DNA of 19,707 nt from Pseudomonadota bacterium (GCA_043804515.1 JAZDIZ010000012.1:1-19707); one strand, 5' to 3'. Counted from the first letter of the stretch, positions 10,662 to 18,820 are shown. Translations and numbers: made by a program. The notes: generated by a model not told the origin, from the sequence alone.

Positions 10662-11099
10662 TCAATCCCGGTGGGTCGAGAGTCGGGAACTGAACTTCGG
10701 CTTCTTCTCCGGCAATTTGCCGGTGGTCTTGAGCGTTACGAAATCCATCAGCATCTTCCGAGAGGAAAGGGCAAGCTCGGAGTCGAACGCGACGCCGTAT
10801 CCCTGGACTTTCGGATCACTCTCCTGGGATTCCACTCTCACCACTTTCCCCGGCACCATGCAAAGCGTATGGCGCTGCCCAAGATCGAGCGGCAGATAGA
10901 GCAGGAGTTCCGTTCCTACGAGATATTTTCGGGCCGAAAGAAGAAAGATGCCGCTCTGGCTGAGGTCCTTCACGAACGCGGAATCGTTTGCGCTGTGTGG
11001 GGCTTTCACAGCCACCTGTCCGCCGTAAAAAACGCGGGGCTTTCGCTGAGTCCGGCCCCGGGGACCCCCCGGCGGCCTATCTGAATCCCGGATCAACAT
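10662..11099 (-). CDS. Stand-alone PilZ domain protein
   Basis: QRKPR...DLSQSGIFL...GKVVRV...GYGVAF matches the PilZ fold pattern. DxSxxG is intact; RxxxR is degenerate. Confidence 0.8.
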   Translation of the reverse strand: MLIRDSDRPPGGPRGRTQRKPRVFYGGQVAVKAPHSANDSAFVKDLSQSGIFLLSARKYLVGTELLLYLPLDLGQRHTLCMVPGKVVRVESQESDPKVQGYGVAFDSELALSSRKMLMDFVTLKTTGKLPEKKPKFSSRLSTHRD

Positions 11100-11118
11100 G
11101 GCGTTCGGGCTTTATTGA

Positions 11119-11134
11119 AGCAATTGGCGTGCCT
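11119..11134 (-). promoter_or_regulatory. Sigma54 (-24/-12) promoter-like site upstream of the PilZ gene
   Basis: Minus strand reads AGGCACGCCAATTGCT, i.e. GG-N10-GC and a near match to TGGCAC-N5-TTGCW. It is intergenic, about 20 nt before the ATG. Confidence 0.65.
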
Positions 11135-11238
11135 ATTCCTAAAGAGAGACTGTGGATTTTTTCTATTTCAGATTGAGCACTTAGTGAAGCAGAATCGGAC
11201 CTGATCTCGCCAGCTACGCAATAAGGTAACGGTTGAGC

Positions 11239-11568
11239 CTACGACTCGGACCCGGCCGGCGCGCCCACTCCGGAGGCGGATCCCGCCAGCTGGCGGTGGT
11301 CCACCATCTCTTTCATTTCCTTCCCCACCTTGAAGAACGGCAACTTCTTCGATTTGACTTCGACCTTTTCCCCCGTCTTGGGATTGCGGCCTACGTAGGG
11401 TTTGTAGTGTTTGACTTTGAAACTCCCGAAGCCCCGGATCTCGATACGATCACCGGCTTTCATCGCCGCGGTCATTGAATCGAAGACATGGGCCACAATC
11501 ATTTCGGCCTGCTTCTTCGACAACTTCCCCTGTTCAGCGAGTTTTTCGATGAGATCCGATTTGGTCAT
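11239..11568 (-). CDS. ihfB: Integration host factor subunit beta (HU/IHF family)
   Basis: MTKSDLIEKL...GDRIEIRGFGSF...GRNPKTGE...PFFKVGKEMKEMVD. ATG at 11568 has a GAGG RBS; the longer ORF-track start is unlikely. Confidence 0.88.
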   Translation of the reverse strand: MTKSDLIEKLAEQGKLSKKQAEMIVAHVFDSMTAAMKAGDRIEIRGFGSFKVKHYKPYVGRNPKTGEKVEVKSKKLPFFKVGKEMKEMVDHRQLAGSASGVGAPAGSES

Positions 11569-11762
11569 GATCGATTGTCCTCTCGAAGTGCTTATACTAA
11601 TGAAATCATTACCGGATTCGAATTTAGTGTCAACGAATACCCCTTCAAAAAAGGGCACCTGCCGACATGGCCAAATTATAACATATTGAATTTACATACG
11701 TAAGCCCGAGCATCCGAACCCGGCGTCGGCCGTTTGAACGTAACTCTTTGAAATAACTAGAC

Positions 11763-13109
11763 TTACTGGTTCATGGAGACGAGGAATTCCTCGTTCGTTT
11801 TTGTCTTCGTGAACTTATCCAGGAGAAACTCCATCGCATCAACGCCGTTCAGCGGCTGGAGCAATTTTCGCAAAATCCACACGCGGTTGAGGACTGTATC
11901 CGCAAGCAACAGTTCTTCTTTGCGCGTGCCGGAGCGGTTGATGTCGATCGCGGGGAAGATTCTTCGGTCCGCCAGCTTGCGGTCCAGAACAAGCTCCAGG
12001 TTTCCCGTGCCCTTGAATTCCTCGAAGATCACCTCATCCATGCGCGAGCCGGTGTCGATGAGCGCCGTGGCTACGATGGTAAGGCTGCCTCCGAACTCGA
12101 TATTGCGGGCCGCTCCGAAAAACCTCTTGGGACGGTGGAGGGCGTTGGAGTCGACGCCGCCGGAGAGGATTTTTCCGGATGGCGGGACGACGGAGTTGTA
12201 TGCACGCGCCAGGCGCGTGATCGAGTCGAGGAGGATCACCACGTCTTTCTTGTGCTCCACGAGCCGTTTGGCCTTCTCGATCACCATTTCCGCGACCTGA
12301 ACGTGCCGTTGGGCCGGCTCGTCGAACGTGGAACTCACCACTTCGCCCTGAACGGTGCGCTCCATGTCGGTGACCTCTTCCGGGCGCTCGTCGATCAGGA
12401 GAACGATCAAAATGACTTCCGGGTGGTTCTTCGTGATCGACTTCGCGATGCTCTGGAGCAGGATGGTCTTGCCGGCGCGCGGAGGCGAGACGATGAGCCC
12501 TCTTTGCCCCTTCCCGATCGGGCAGAGGAGATCCATGATCCTCGTGGAGTAGTCGGTCGGGTTCGCCTCCAGCTTCAAGCGTTCCTCCGGATAGAGCGGC
12601 GTCAGGTTGTCAAAAAGGATTTTGTCCCGGGCCGCTTCGGGGGTGTCGAAGTTGATCGTATCCACCTTGAGCAGCGCAAAGTACCGTTCCGAATCCTTCG
12701 GGGGGCGGATCGCTCCCGTAACCGTGTCTCCCGTCCGAAGGCTGAACCGGCGGATCTGGGAGGGGGAGACGTATATGTCGTCCGGGCCCGGGAGATAGTT
12801 GGCGTCGGGAGCCCGCAGGAACCCGAAGCCGTCGGGAAGGATCTCCAGGACGCCGTCGGCCACAATGGAGCCGTTTTTTTCCGAGGCCGCCTGCAGGATG
12901 GCGAAGATCAGCTCCTGCTTGCGGAGACCCGCGGCGTTCTCGACGTTCATGTCGTTGGCCATCTTGGCCAGATCACTGATGTTTTGTGCTTTTAGCTCTC
13001 GTAGGTTCATCGTCGTACTTTCTTGTTGTGCGCCCGCCTCGGGCGTTTGTTCCCGTGCGGTCCCGGCAGGCCGCACTTTCGTCTGTTCTTTCAATCTCTT
13101 CGTCGACAT
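11763..13109 (-). CDS. rho: Transcription termination factor Rho
   Basis: Motifs [46 protein letters not shown] and [13 protein letters not shown]. An alternative start at ATG 13010 (MNLRELK) is possible. Confidence 0.98.
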   Translation of the reverse strand: MSTKRLKEQTKVRPAGTAREQTPEAGAQQESTTMNLRELKAQNISDLAKMANDMNVENAAGLRKQELIFAILQAASEKNGSIVADGVLEILPDGFGFLRAPDANYLPGPDDIYVSPSQIRRFSLRTGDTVTGAIRPPKDSERYFALLKVDTINFDTPEAARDKILFDNLTPLYPEERLKLEANPTDYSTRIMDLLCPIGKGQRGLIVSPPRAGKTILLQSIAKSITKNHPEVILIVLLIDERPEEVTDMERTVQGEVVSSTFDEPAQRHVQVAEMVIEKAKRLVEHKKDVVILLDSITRLARAYNSVVPPSGKILSGGVDSNALHRPKRFFGAARNIEFGGSLTIVATALIDTGSRMDEVIFEEFKGTGNLELVLDRKLADRRIFPAIDINRSGTRKEELLLADTVLNRVWILRKLLQPLNGVDAMEFLLDKFTKTKTNEEFLVSMNQ

Positions 13110-13207
13110 AAGCCGAACGTTGAAGAAATCCTCACCGGGTTAATCGAAAAAGGTCCTTTTGGAGGAAATCGTTACTAACTGAGGTGGCTGAAAATCCGGT
13201 TTCTTAA

Positions 13208-13236
13208 ATTATTCGGAACGAAAGGCCACCTGTCAA
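13208..13236 (-). promoter_or_regulatory. Sigma70 promoter for rho
   Basis: Minus strand reads TTGACA, 17 nt, AATAAT. Confidence 0.65.
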
Positions 13237-13323
13237 GGGCGCGGGTATACACGATCCGCCGGCGAAAGCAACCCGCGCCGCTTTTTGGAGAATCCCGATT
13301 TTCGGGTAACATCTTGATTCCTC

Positions 13324-14742
13324 TTGAGAAAATCGTTCCTTATTGCAGCGTTGATCTTCGCGGTTTGGACGGCCGCCGGCTTTCTTTCGTTCAACGTCGC
13401 CTTCCTGTCCACGTCGATCACGGAGTTTTTTGCAACCGGGCGCACGTTTTTCAAGCAAGATTTTTTCCTGATCTGGGGCACGATTCTCTTTCTCGCCTTG
13501 GCCTTCCTGTCGGCCTCCTTGCACAACAAGGAGGGGCTTTGGCTATCCTGTCTCATCCTTCTGGTTCAGGTGCTGAATCTGACGGCACACGGTGTATTCA
13601 CGTACCGCACCGGGTTCGGCGTAGGCGATTACACGATGACCGTCACCGGCGCCAAGCTGACCTCCAATGCGCTCCTTCACACACACGTTTTCAAGACCAT
13701 ACTGGCGTACTCCCTCCAATTTTTGGGAATCGCTCCCCGCTACGTGCCGGGAGACGCCGGTTTTCCCCTCGTGCCGATCCTTCCCCCTTTCCTGGTCTGG
13801 CTCGGGTTGATCCTCACGCTGCTCGCCATCGGATTCACCGTACGCGTGATCCTCGGTAGGAAAGGGTTGTGGTCGGGCCGAGAATCCTGGCCTTTCTGGG
13901 TCGCTATCCTCGTCACATCGTATGCGGTATTGAAATCTCTCTGCGACGGGGGTCTTCTCTCCGCTGAATTCCTCGTATATTTTCCCCCGTTCCTTTTTCT
14001 CATCCTCAAGCGGCCCGTCTCGGTTCTCCAATTGATCCGCAAATCGATGCCGTGGTGGGTGGGGGGGATTGTCTTAACCGCGCTCCTCATCTTGAGCTTC
14101 CACGTGAGATATTTCTGGGTGTCGATTTTCGACTTCGTCCTTCTGCCTGTGGCTTTCTCGACGCTTCTTCTTCTTGCCGAATGGCTATCGGCGGGCCGGT
14201 CCGGAAAGGGGCTCCGTCACCTTTTTTGGCTCGCCCCGTTGCTGGTGGCTATGAGCAGCGGACATTATTTCGCCCAACAGCTGAAGTATCTGCGCCAAGA
14301 GATCGAACCCGGGGACCGGTTGTACATCCTGGGCCTTGGCGACCAAGTCCTTCCCTTTCCCAAGTTTCTCAGCGTGGGTCCCATGACGGTATATGAGGAG
14401 ATCGCGACAATCCCCTCGTCGGTCTGGAAAATCCACGAACGATATCGGATCCCCCCTTCGTATCCGTCGGTGAACATCGTGAACAAATCGTGTTCCCCCG
14501 ACGTTCCTTTCCCGAGGGCCGGCAAGTTGAAGGTTTTCAGGACCACCCGGCCGGTTTCCACTGACGTTTCGGACATGTTCGCCGATTTCCAAATACGCCC
14601 GTGCACCAAGAAGGAAGGGTGCGACTTCAGGTTTAACGCCAGCGTCAAGGGTTGCATTCCCGACGCCCTTTATTTTTCGGTCATCAGCCAATTCGAGCGG
14701 ATGGGTCTCGCGGCGTTCACGATCAAAACGGACGACCTGTAG
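13324..14742 (+). CDS. Hypothetical polytopic membrane protein with a Cys-containing soluble C-terminal domain
   Basis: 472-aa ORF filling the gap between rho and cdsA. About 9-10 hydrophobic segments followed by a ~150-aa hydrophilic tail. No family recognised. Confidence 0.7.
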   Translation: MRKSFLIAALIFAVWTAAGFLSFNVAFLSTSITEFFATGRTFFKQDFFLIWGTILFLALAFLSASLHNKEGLWLSCLILLVQVLNLTAHGVFTYRTGFGVGDYTMTVTGAKLTSNALLHTHVFKTILAYSLQFLGIAPRYVPGDAGFPLVPILPPFLVWLGLILTLLAIGFTVRVILGRKGLWSGRESWPFWVAILVTSYAVLKSLCDGGLLSAEFLVYFPPFLFLILKRPVSVLQLIRKSMPWWVGGIVLTALLILSFHVRYFWVSIFDFVLLPVAFSTLLLLAEWLSAGRSGKGLRHLFWLAPLLVAMSSGHYFAQQLKYLRQEIEPGDRLYILGLGDQVLPFPKFLSVGPMTVYEEIATIPSSVWKIHERYRIPPSYPSVNIVNKSCSPDVPFPRAGKLKVFRTTRPVSTDVSDMFADFQIRPCTKKEGCDFRFNASVKGCIPDALYFSVISQFERMGLAAFTIKTDDL

Positions 14743-14757
14743 TCCGCCTTGCGGTTG

Positions 14758-15651
14758 TCACGCGTGGTAGCGGAAAAACAAGTAAAAGAGCGGGGCCGTG
14801 AAAAGCAGGGTGTCGATCCGGTCCAAGATCCCGCCGTGGCCGGGCAGGAAAGGGCCCGAGTCTTTCGCGCCGAAGGCGCGTTTCAACATGGATTCGCACA
14901 AATCGCCGAACCGGCTGGATACCGCGGAACCCGCGGAAAGGAGGCAAACCTCAAGCCCCGTGATCTGCGGAAGATAGGTTTCGCGCGCAATCCATGCCGC
15001 CAGAAGGCACGCCGCAAAGCTGGGGGCCAGATAACCCCATGATTTGTTCCTGCTGATCTCCTCGGGGAGCGGAAACATGCGCACGGCCCTCGCCGCCCGC
15101 CCCCGAAGGGAAGATCCAAGATCGGGGTAATCCTGGTGGCCCCCCAGGAGCAGCCAAAGCAGATAGATCGCCGTATCCTGGGCCCAGACGACCGACAAAA
15201 GAAGCAGAACCCAGCGGGCTCCGTCCCCCCCGGCATCCCGCTTCAAGAGCGCCACAAAAATGAGAAGCCCGACGTATGCCGCTCCGAAAAGTGTTTGCTC
15301 TACACGCCGCACCGCTTGAGCGGGATTCCTGCCCGTTGTGAACAGAAAATAGGAGAATGTGGAAAGAACGCATACGCCCAGCCATGCGAAAGCTCCTCCG
15401 GGGTATAGGTAGGCCACACAGGAAAGGGAGAGTCCCACCCCTGTCGCGAAGACCTGCTCCCGCGGACTAAACCCTACAATGCGGAGATATTCCGTAAGCC
15501 CTAAAAGCACGACGAGGAGGACGAGAAACAGTGTCCAGGCCGGGGACTCCTGCGCGAGGACCAACGCCACAATCGCAATGCCGATCGCCGAAACGGCCAG
15601 ACGAATATAGAAATTTCTGCGCGCCTCTCCCTTGAATTCGATCTTAATCAT
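14758..15651 (-). CDS. cdsA: Phosphatidate cytidylyltransferase family protein (atypical)
   Basis: Motifs VWAQDT, ISRNKSW and GDLCESMLKRAFGAKDSGPFLPGHGGILDRIDTLLF. The start is uncertain (ATG 15651 versus ORF-track 15699). Confidence 0.85.
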   Translation of the reverse strand: MIKIEFKGEARRNFYIRLAVSAIGIAIVALVLAQESPAWTLFLVLLVVLLGLTEYLRIVGFSPREQVFATGVGLSLSCVAYLYPGGAFAWLGVCVLSTFSYFLFTTGRNPAQAVRRVEQTLFGAAYVGLLIFVALLKRDAGGDGARWVLLLLSVVWAQDTAIYLLWLLLGGHQDYPDLGSSLRGRAARAVRMFPLPEEISRNKSWGYLAPSFAACLLAAWIARETYLPQITGLEVCLLSAGSAVSSRFGDLCESMLKRAFGAKDSGPFLPGHGGILDRIDTLLFTAPLFYLFFRYHA

Positions 15652-15716
15652 CCGACCCCAAAGAGCATAAACGCGCCTTCGGCCTTTGTTGCAAACCAAA
15701 AAGCTTTCTCTCGAGT

Positions 15717-15773
15717 GTCGCCCCGACCAGGTTTTTAAGAAGATTTTCGGATTAAGGAAGTGGTCGGGGCGAC
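15717..15773. repeat. 13-bp perfect inverted repeat of the tRNA-Pro 3' end
   Basis: GTCGCCCCGACCA at 15717-15729 is the reverse complement of TGGTCGGGGCGAC at 15761-15773, with a 31-nt spacer. Confidence 0.85.
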
Positions 15774-15837
15774 GGGATTTGAACCAGCGACCTCTTGGTC
15801 CCGAACCAAGCGCTCTACCAGGCTGAGCTACGCCCCG
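15761..15837 (-). tRNA. tRNA-Pro (anticodon CGG), CCA encoded
   Basis: CGGGGCG TA GCTC AGCCTGGTA GAGC G CTTGG TTCGGGA CCAAG AGGTC GCTGG TTCAAAT CCCGT CGCCCCG A CCA folds as a 77-nt cloverleaf. Confidence 0.97.
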
Positions 15838-15931
15838 ATCCGACTACGCCTTTCCGGCGACAGCCAACGCACGGCGGAGCCCGTGCGGTCGCTGGACACT
15901 AAACAACTCACGCGCCTACGTAAATAGGATT

Positions 15932-15960
15932 CTGACCGATACAAGCGGCTGTGATAAAAT
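15932..15960 (+). promoter_or_regulatory. Sigma70 promoter with extended -10
   Basis: CTGACC, 17 nt, TAAAAT preceded by TGA. The ATG follows 9 nt later with no SD. Confidence 0.5.
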
Positions 15961-15969
15961 GATTTTTCT

Positions 15970-16839
15970 ATGCGCCCCGTCTCCCTCCTCTCCGCCGCTC
16001 TTGTCCTCCCAATTCTCCTGGTCTTCGGAAACGCCGTGGCTCAGCAGCCCAAAAAGGCACCCGACGGCACCGAGACCGCCACGTACCTCCAGGCCGTGGA
16101 GAATCTTCATGACAAATCAATCGACTTGCAGGTCGACGGCTGGCGCCAGTTTCTGAAGGACCATCCTCAGAGCCCGTATCGTAACGAAATCGAAAACAAC
16201 CTTCGCAATCTCGAAGATCTGTTGGCCAACACGAATCCGCTTCAGATGAAGGAGAAGCGGGATACGGAGCGGTACCTGCGCGCCGTCGAGTACGCAAAAA
16301 AATTGCCGTTTCAGGACCAAATCGCTTTCTGGGAGCAGTTCCTGGACGAAAACCCTCAAAGCATCTATCGCAGAGAGGCTGGCCGGACCCTCGAAGAACT
16401 GAAGGCCAGGGTCTCGCCTTCCGCCCCGGTGGCAGCACCCCCAAAATCATCTTCCGAGGCAGGACCCGCGCCTCCGGGCCAGTTCGTGGCTCCTCAGTTG
16501 AATTTCAAGGACCCCCAAAAAGCCACGCTCCTCGCCACGTTTCCCGGCTTGATCGTCCCCGGAATCGGAGAATGGTACGCCCACGAATACGCGACCGCGG
16601 GAATCCTGACCGGGATTCAGGTGGGAGGTGCGGCACTGGCGATCCCGGGCATTATCAACAACAACGTCATCATGATCGTGCTCGGGTCCGCGCTCTTCGG
16701 TTTCAGCTATATCTACGACATAGTGGACGCCCCGTTCGCCGTACGGCGATACAACGACGCCTTGGAGCAGAAGAAGGCGGCGCAGGCACTTCCTCCGGAC
16801 CGAGACCGGTTCTCCGCGTCTCTTTCGTTCCGCTTCTAG
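15970..16839 (+). CDS. Exported/membrane protein: tandem helical repeat plus TM2/DUF5683-like hydrophobic domain
   Basis: Signal peptide ending AVA, two 63-aa repeats (YLxAVE...WxQFLxxxPQSxYR), then KDPQKATLLATFPGLIVPGIGEWY, ending in the beta-strand SASLSFRF. Confidence 0.75.
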   Translation: MRPVSLLSAALVLPILLVFGNAVAQQPKKAPDGTETATYLQAVENLHDKSIDLQVDGWRQFLKDHPQSPYRNEIENNLRNLEDLLANTNPLQMKEKRDTERYLRAVEYAKKLPFQDQIAFWEQFLDENPQSIYRREAGRTLEELKARVSPSAPVAAPPKSSSEAGPAPPGQFVAPQLNFKDPQKATLLATFPGLIVPGIGEWYAHEYATAGILTGIQVGGAALAIPGIINNNVIMIVLGSALFGFSYIYDIVDAPFAVRRYNDALEQKKAAQALPPDRDRFSASLSFRF

Positions 16840-16858
16840 TTCAAAACATTCACCCGGG

Positions 16859-16902
16859 AACCGGGTTCCGTAAGTTGGTACCCGGTGAGGATTGAGAATT
16901 AA
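16859..16902 (+). repeat. Post-stop conserved element, copy A
   Basis: AACCGGGTTCCGTAAGTTGGTACCCGGTGAGGATTGAGAATTAA, 36/44 identical to 18821-18864 by manual ungapped alignment. Confidence 0.85.
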
Positions 16903-16948
16903 GGATTGATCCTTAGATTCCAGAACCGAGCTCTTTCCGGTCCAATAT

Positions 16949-17015
16949 TTAATCCTCAATCCTTAATAGTTTTCCCAGGGCTGGGACGGATTACCGGTTT
17001 GCCGGATGCCAGGAT
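16949..17015 (-). repeat. Post-stop conserved element, diverged inverted copy C
   Basis: Minus strand reads ATCCTGGCATCCGGCAAACCGGTAATCCG, a ~20-nt insert, then TAAGGATTGAGGATTAA. Both ends align with copy B. Confidence 0.6.
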
Positions 17016-17023
17016 TCGTCTTG

Positions 17024-17894
17024 TCAGAGCGACCAGGCGATGCCGCCGCCGCCCTCAATAGCGCTTTGATCCCGGTCGATTCCGACGTCGTAGCCGTCCA
17101 GAAAGTACCCGAACAGTTGCCACATACCCATTCGAGGCCGCCGCACGCTGAGGCCGGTTTGAACCGAGATCCGATGTTCCGCACGGATCTTGCCGCGGGC
17201 GAACAGTCGGGTAGCCGCAACAGAAGAGTAGGGACGTATCGCACCGTTAGTCTTCGCCATGGCGCCCCACTCGGCCACAAGCTCCCCGCCCGTTTCAAAC
17301 CCGAAAGAACCAGTGCTGCCGTCGGAGCAGATAGCCAGGGCTGCCGTGCACGTGGAAAAATGCGCCTTTTCAATGAGCGAAGCTGTGAGTCCCAACCTTT
17401 CAAAGGCCTTGGTCCAATCCAGGCGAAATACGAAGTCGTTCAGCACTACGGCGTAATAGTCCCGGATAAGATAAGGGATCGTTTGGTGGTCGCTTTCGTG
17501 TTCGATCCCAACCGTAAATGCCATGAGGGAGGTCATCGCTTCCTCCGGCCCGAAGAGGCAGGCGCTAAGTTCCCTCGAAGCCCACGCGGCCCCGCCATGC
17601 TCTATGGGGAATGTCCTGGTCGAAACCTCGGGGATTGTGCAGTTCGAGCAACGGCAACAATCGAAGAAGAAAACCCCTCGGTTTTTCGTCCGCTCCGACC
17701 ACGGGAATGGCAACAGACACTTTCGTCCGGTAGTTATGGCGCCAGACCAAACCTGTAGAGGGGGAATCGGGGTTCGCCGACAGAGCCCGAGCATCGATCT
17801 GCAGCTGGGGAAGAACCTCGTCCGCCTTTGCGGCCCCAACGGCAACAAACGCGCAGACGAAAAGGACTGCGGGAAGAAGGGGGCGATGGGTCAT
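17024..17894 (-). pseudogene. Frameshifted exported, probably beta-barrel, protein gene (pseudogene or sequence error)
   Basis: A signal-peptide ORF (17894-17565, MTHRPLL...AAKA-DE...WRGRVGFEGT*) continues in the +1 frame as AFTVGIEHESDH...GGGIAWSL*. Both halves have beta-strand character. Confidence 0.65.
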
Positions 17895-18017
17895 GGGCGA
17901 ACGATGTTCCTGGATTTGCTGAAGACCGTCAACGAAACGTCCCGGGACGCAAGCGTTCTGGAAATCCGTAACCAGGAATTTATTCGGGAGCGCCGAACCC
18001 GGTGGTATGGTTCCAGC

Positions 18018-18794
18018 GTGTCCCGTCGCATGCGGATTCGATGCGTCGGCCTCTTGTTCCTGGCGCTGAGTTTAGGGGCACCCATCTCGGCGTGGGCTGA
18101 GGAGCGCTCGCTGACCACGGCATACATTCTCGGGTTCGACCCGATTCCTGGCGATGCGTTGTTCTACTCCGGCCACCCCTTTCAGGGCGCGGTCGACACG
18201 GTCTTGGGGGGAATATTCGGAGGCATCCTGACCATGGGGCTTCACGCGGCCCTCAATGACTGTCCGGCGAGTGATCCTTTGTGCAAGGGCTTCGGCGAGG
18301 GTTTTGTGCACGAAGGAAGGAAGTTCTTCATTTTCTTCGGTGCCTCGGGTTATTTGACGACGTTGATTTGGGACGGTTTTGCGGGGATCGAGTCGGTTCG
18401 CAAAACGCCGGGGGGGCCTGGTGAATCTGTAAGCCCAAGGCCGGGCTTCTCGGCTGACACGGCACGTTTCTTGGGATGGGACCCGATACCAGGCGATGCT
18501 TTGCTCTATTCGGGCAGGGCCTTGGAAGGCCTAGGGGATCTCGTCCTTGGCTCCTGGGGAGGGCTCTTTCTTGTACACGGCATTTACCAAGCTGCACAAG
18601 GGAAGGGCGGATCCGGCGTGTATTTCGAAACGGCGATGGGAGCTTTGACCTACATTCCCGCCCTTCTTTGGGACTATTTCGGAGCCGTGCAGGCGATCCA
18701 GAGGAACGCCCCGGCCCATTCCGACGTTCGTATCCTTCCCCTCCTCTCGGCAGGCCCCGGCGGCACTATGGCCGGTCTTTCGTTCACCATGTAA
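18018..18794 (+). CDS. Exported membrane protein with a duplicated TM2/DUF5683-like domain
   Basis: Start at GTG 18018 or ATG 18030 gives the signal peptide RIRCVGLLFLALSLGAPISAWA. Two 114-aa-spaced repeats LGxDPIPGDALxYSG...LxWD; ends MAGLSFTM. The upstream part of the 17523 ORF is antisense shadow. Confidence 0.75.
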   Translation: MSRRMRIRCVGLLFLALSLGAPISAWAEERSLTTAYILGFDPIPGDALFYSGHPFQGAVDTVLGGIFGGILTMGLHAALNDCPASDPLCKGFGEGFVHEGRKFFIFFGASGYLTTLIWDGFAGIESVRKTPGGPGESVSPRPGFSADTARFLGWDPIPGDALLYSGRALEGLGDLVLGSWGGLFLVHGIYQAAQGKGGSGVYFETAMGALTYIPALLWDYFGAVQAIQRNAPAHSDVRILPLLSAGPGGTMAGLSFTM

Positions 18795-18820
18795 TGCGCG
18801 TCACGTTTTGAATCACGGCA

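Noticed and set aside
11704..11730. CCCGAGCATCCGAACCCGGCGTCGG, similar to the head of the post-stop element
   Set aside because: The match is short and GC-rich (about 11/13), lacks the core, and is antisense to rho/ihfB.
15868..15887. CGCACGG/CCGTGCG hairpin upstream of the tRNA
   Set aside because: No U-tract on either strand and no recognisable RNA family. Probably an ordinary leader structure.
17560..17580. prfB-like programmed +1 frameshift
   Set aside because: The P-site codon ACT cannot re-pair well at CTT and the SD-like spacing differs from prfB, so a simple indel is more parsimonious.
17523..18017. N-terminal 165 aa of the 423-aa ORF
   Set aside because: It overlaps the minus-strand gene, and a signal peptide and promoter-like motif appear only at 18006-18030.
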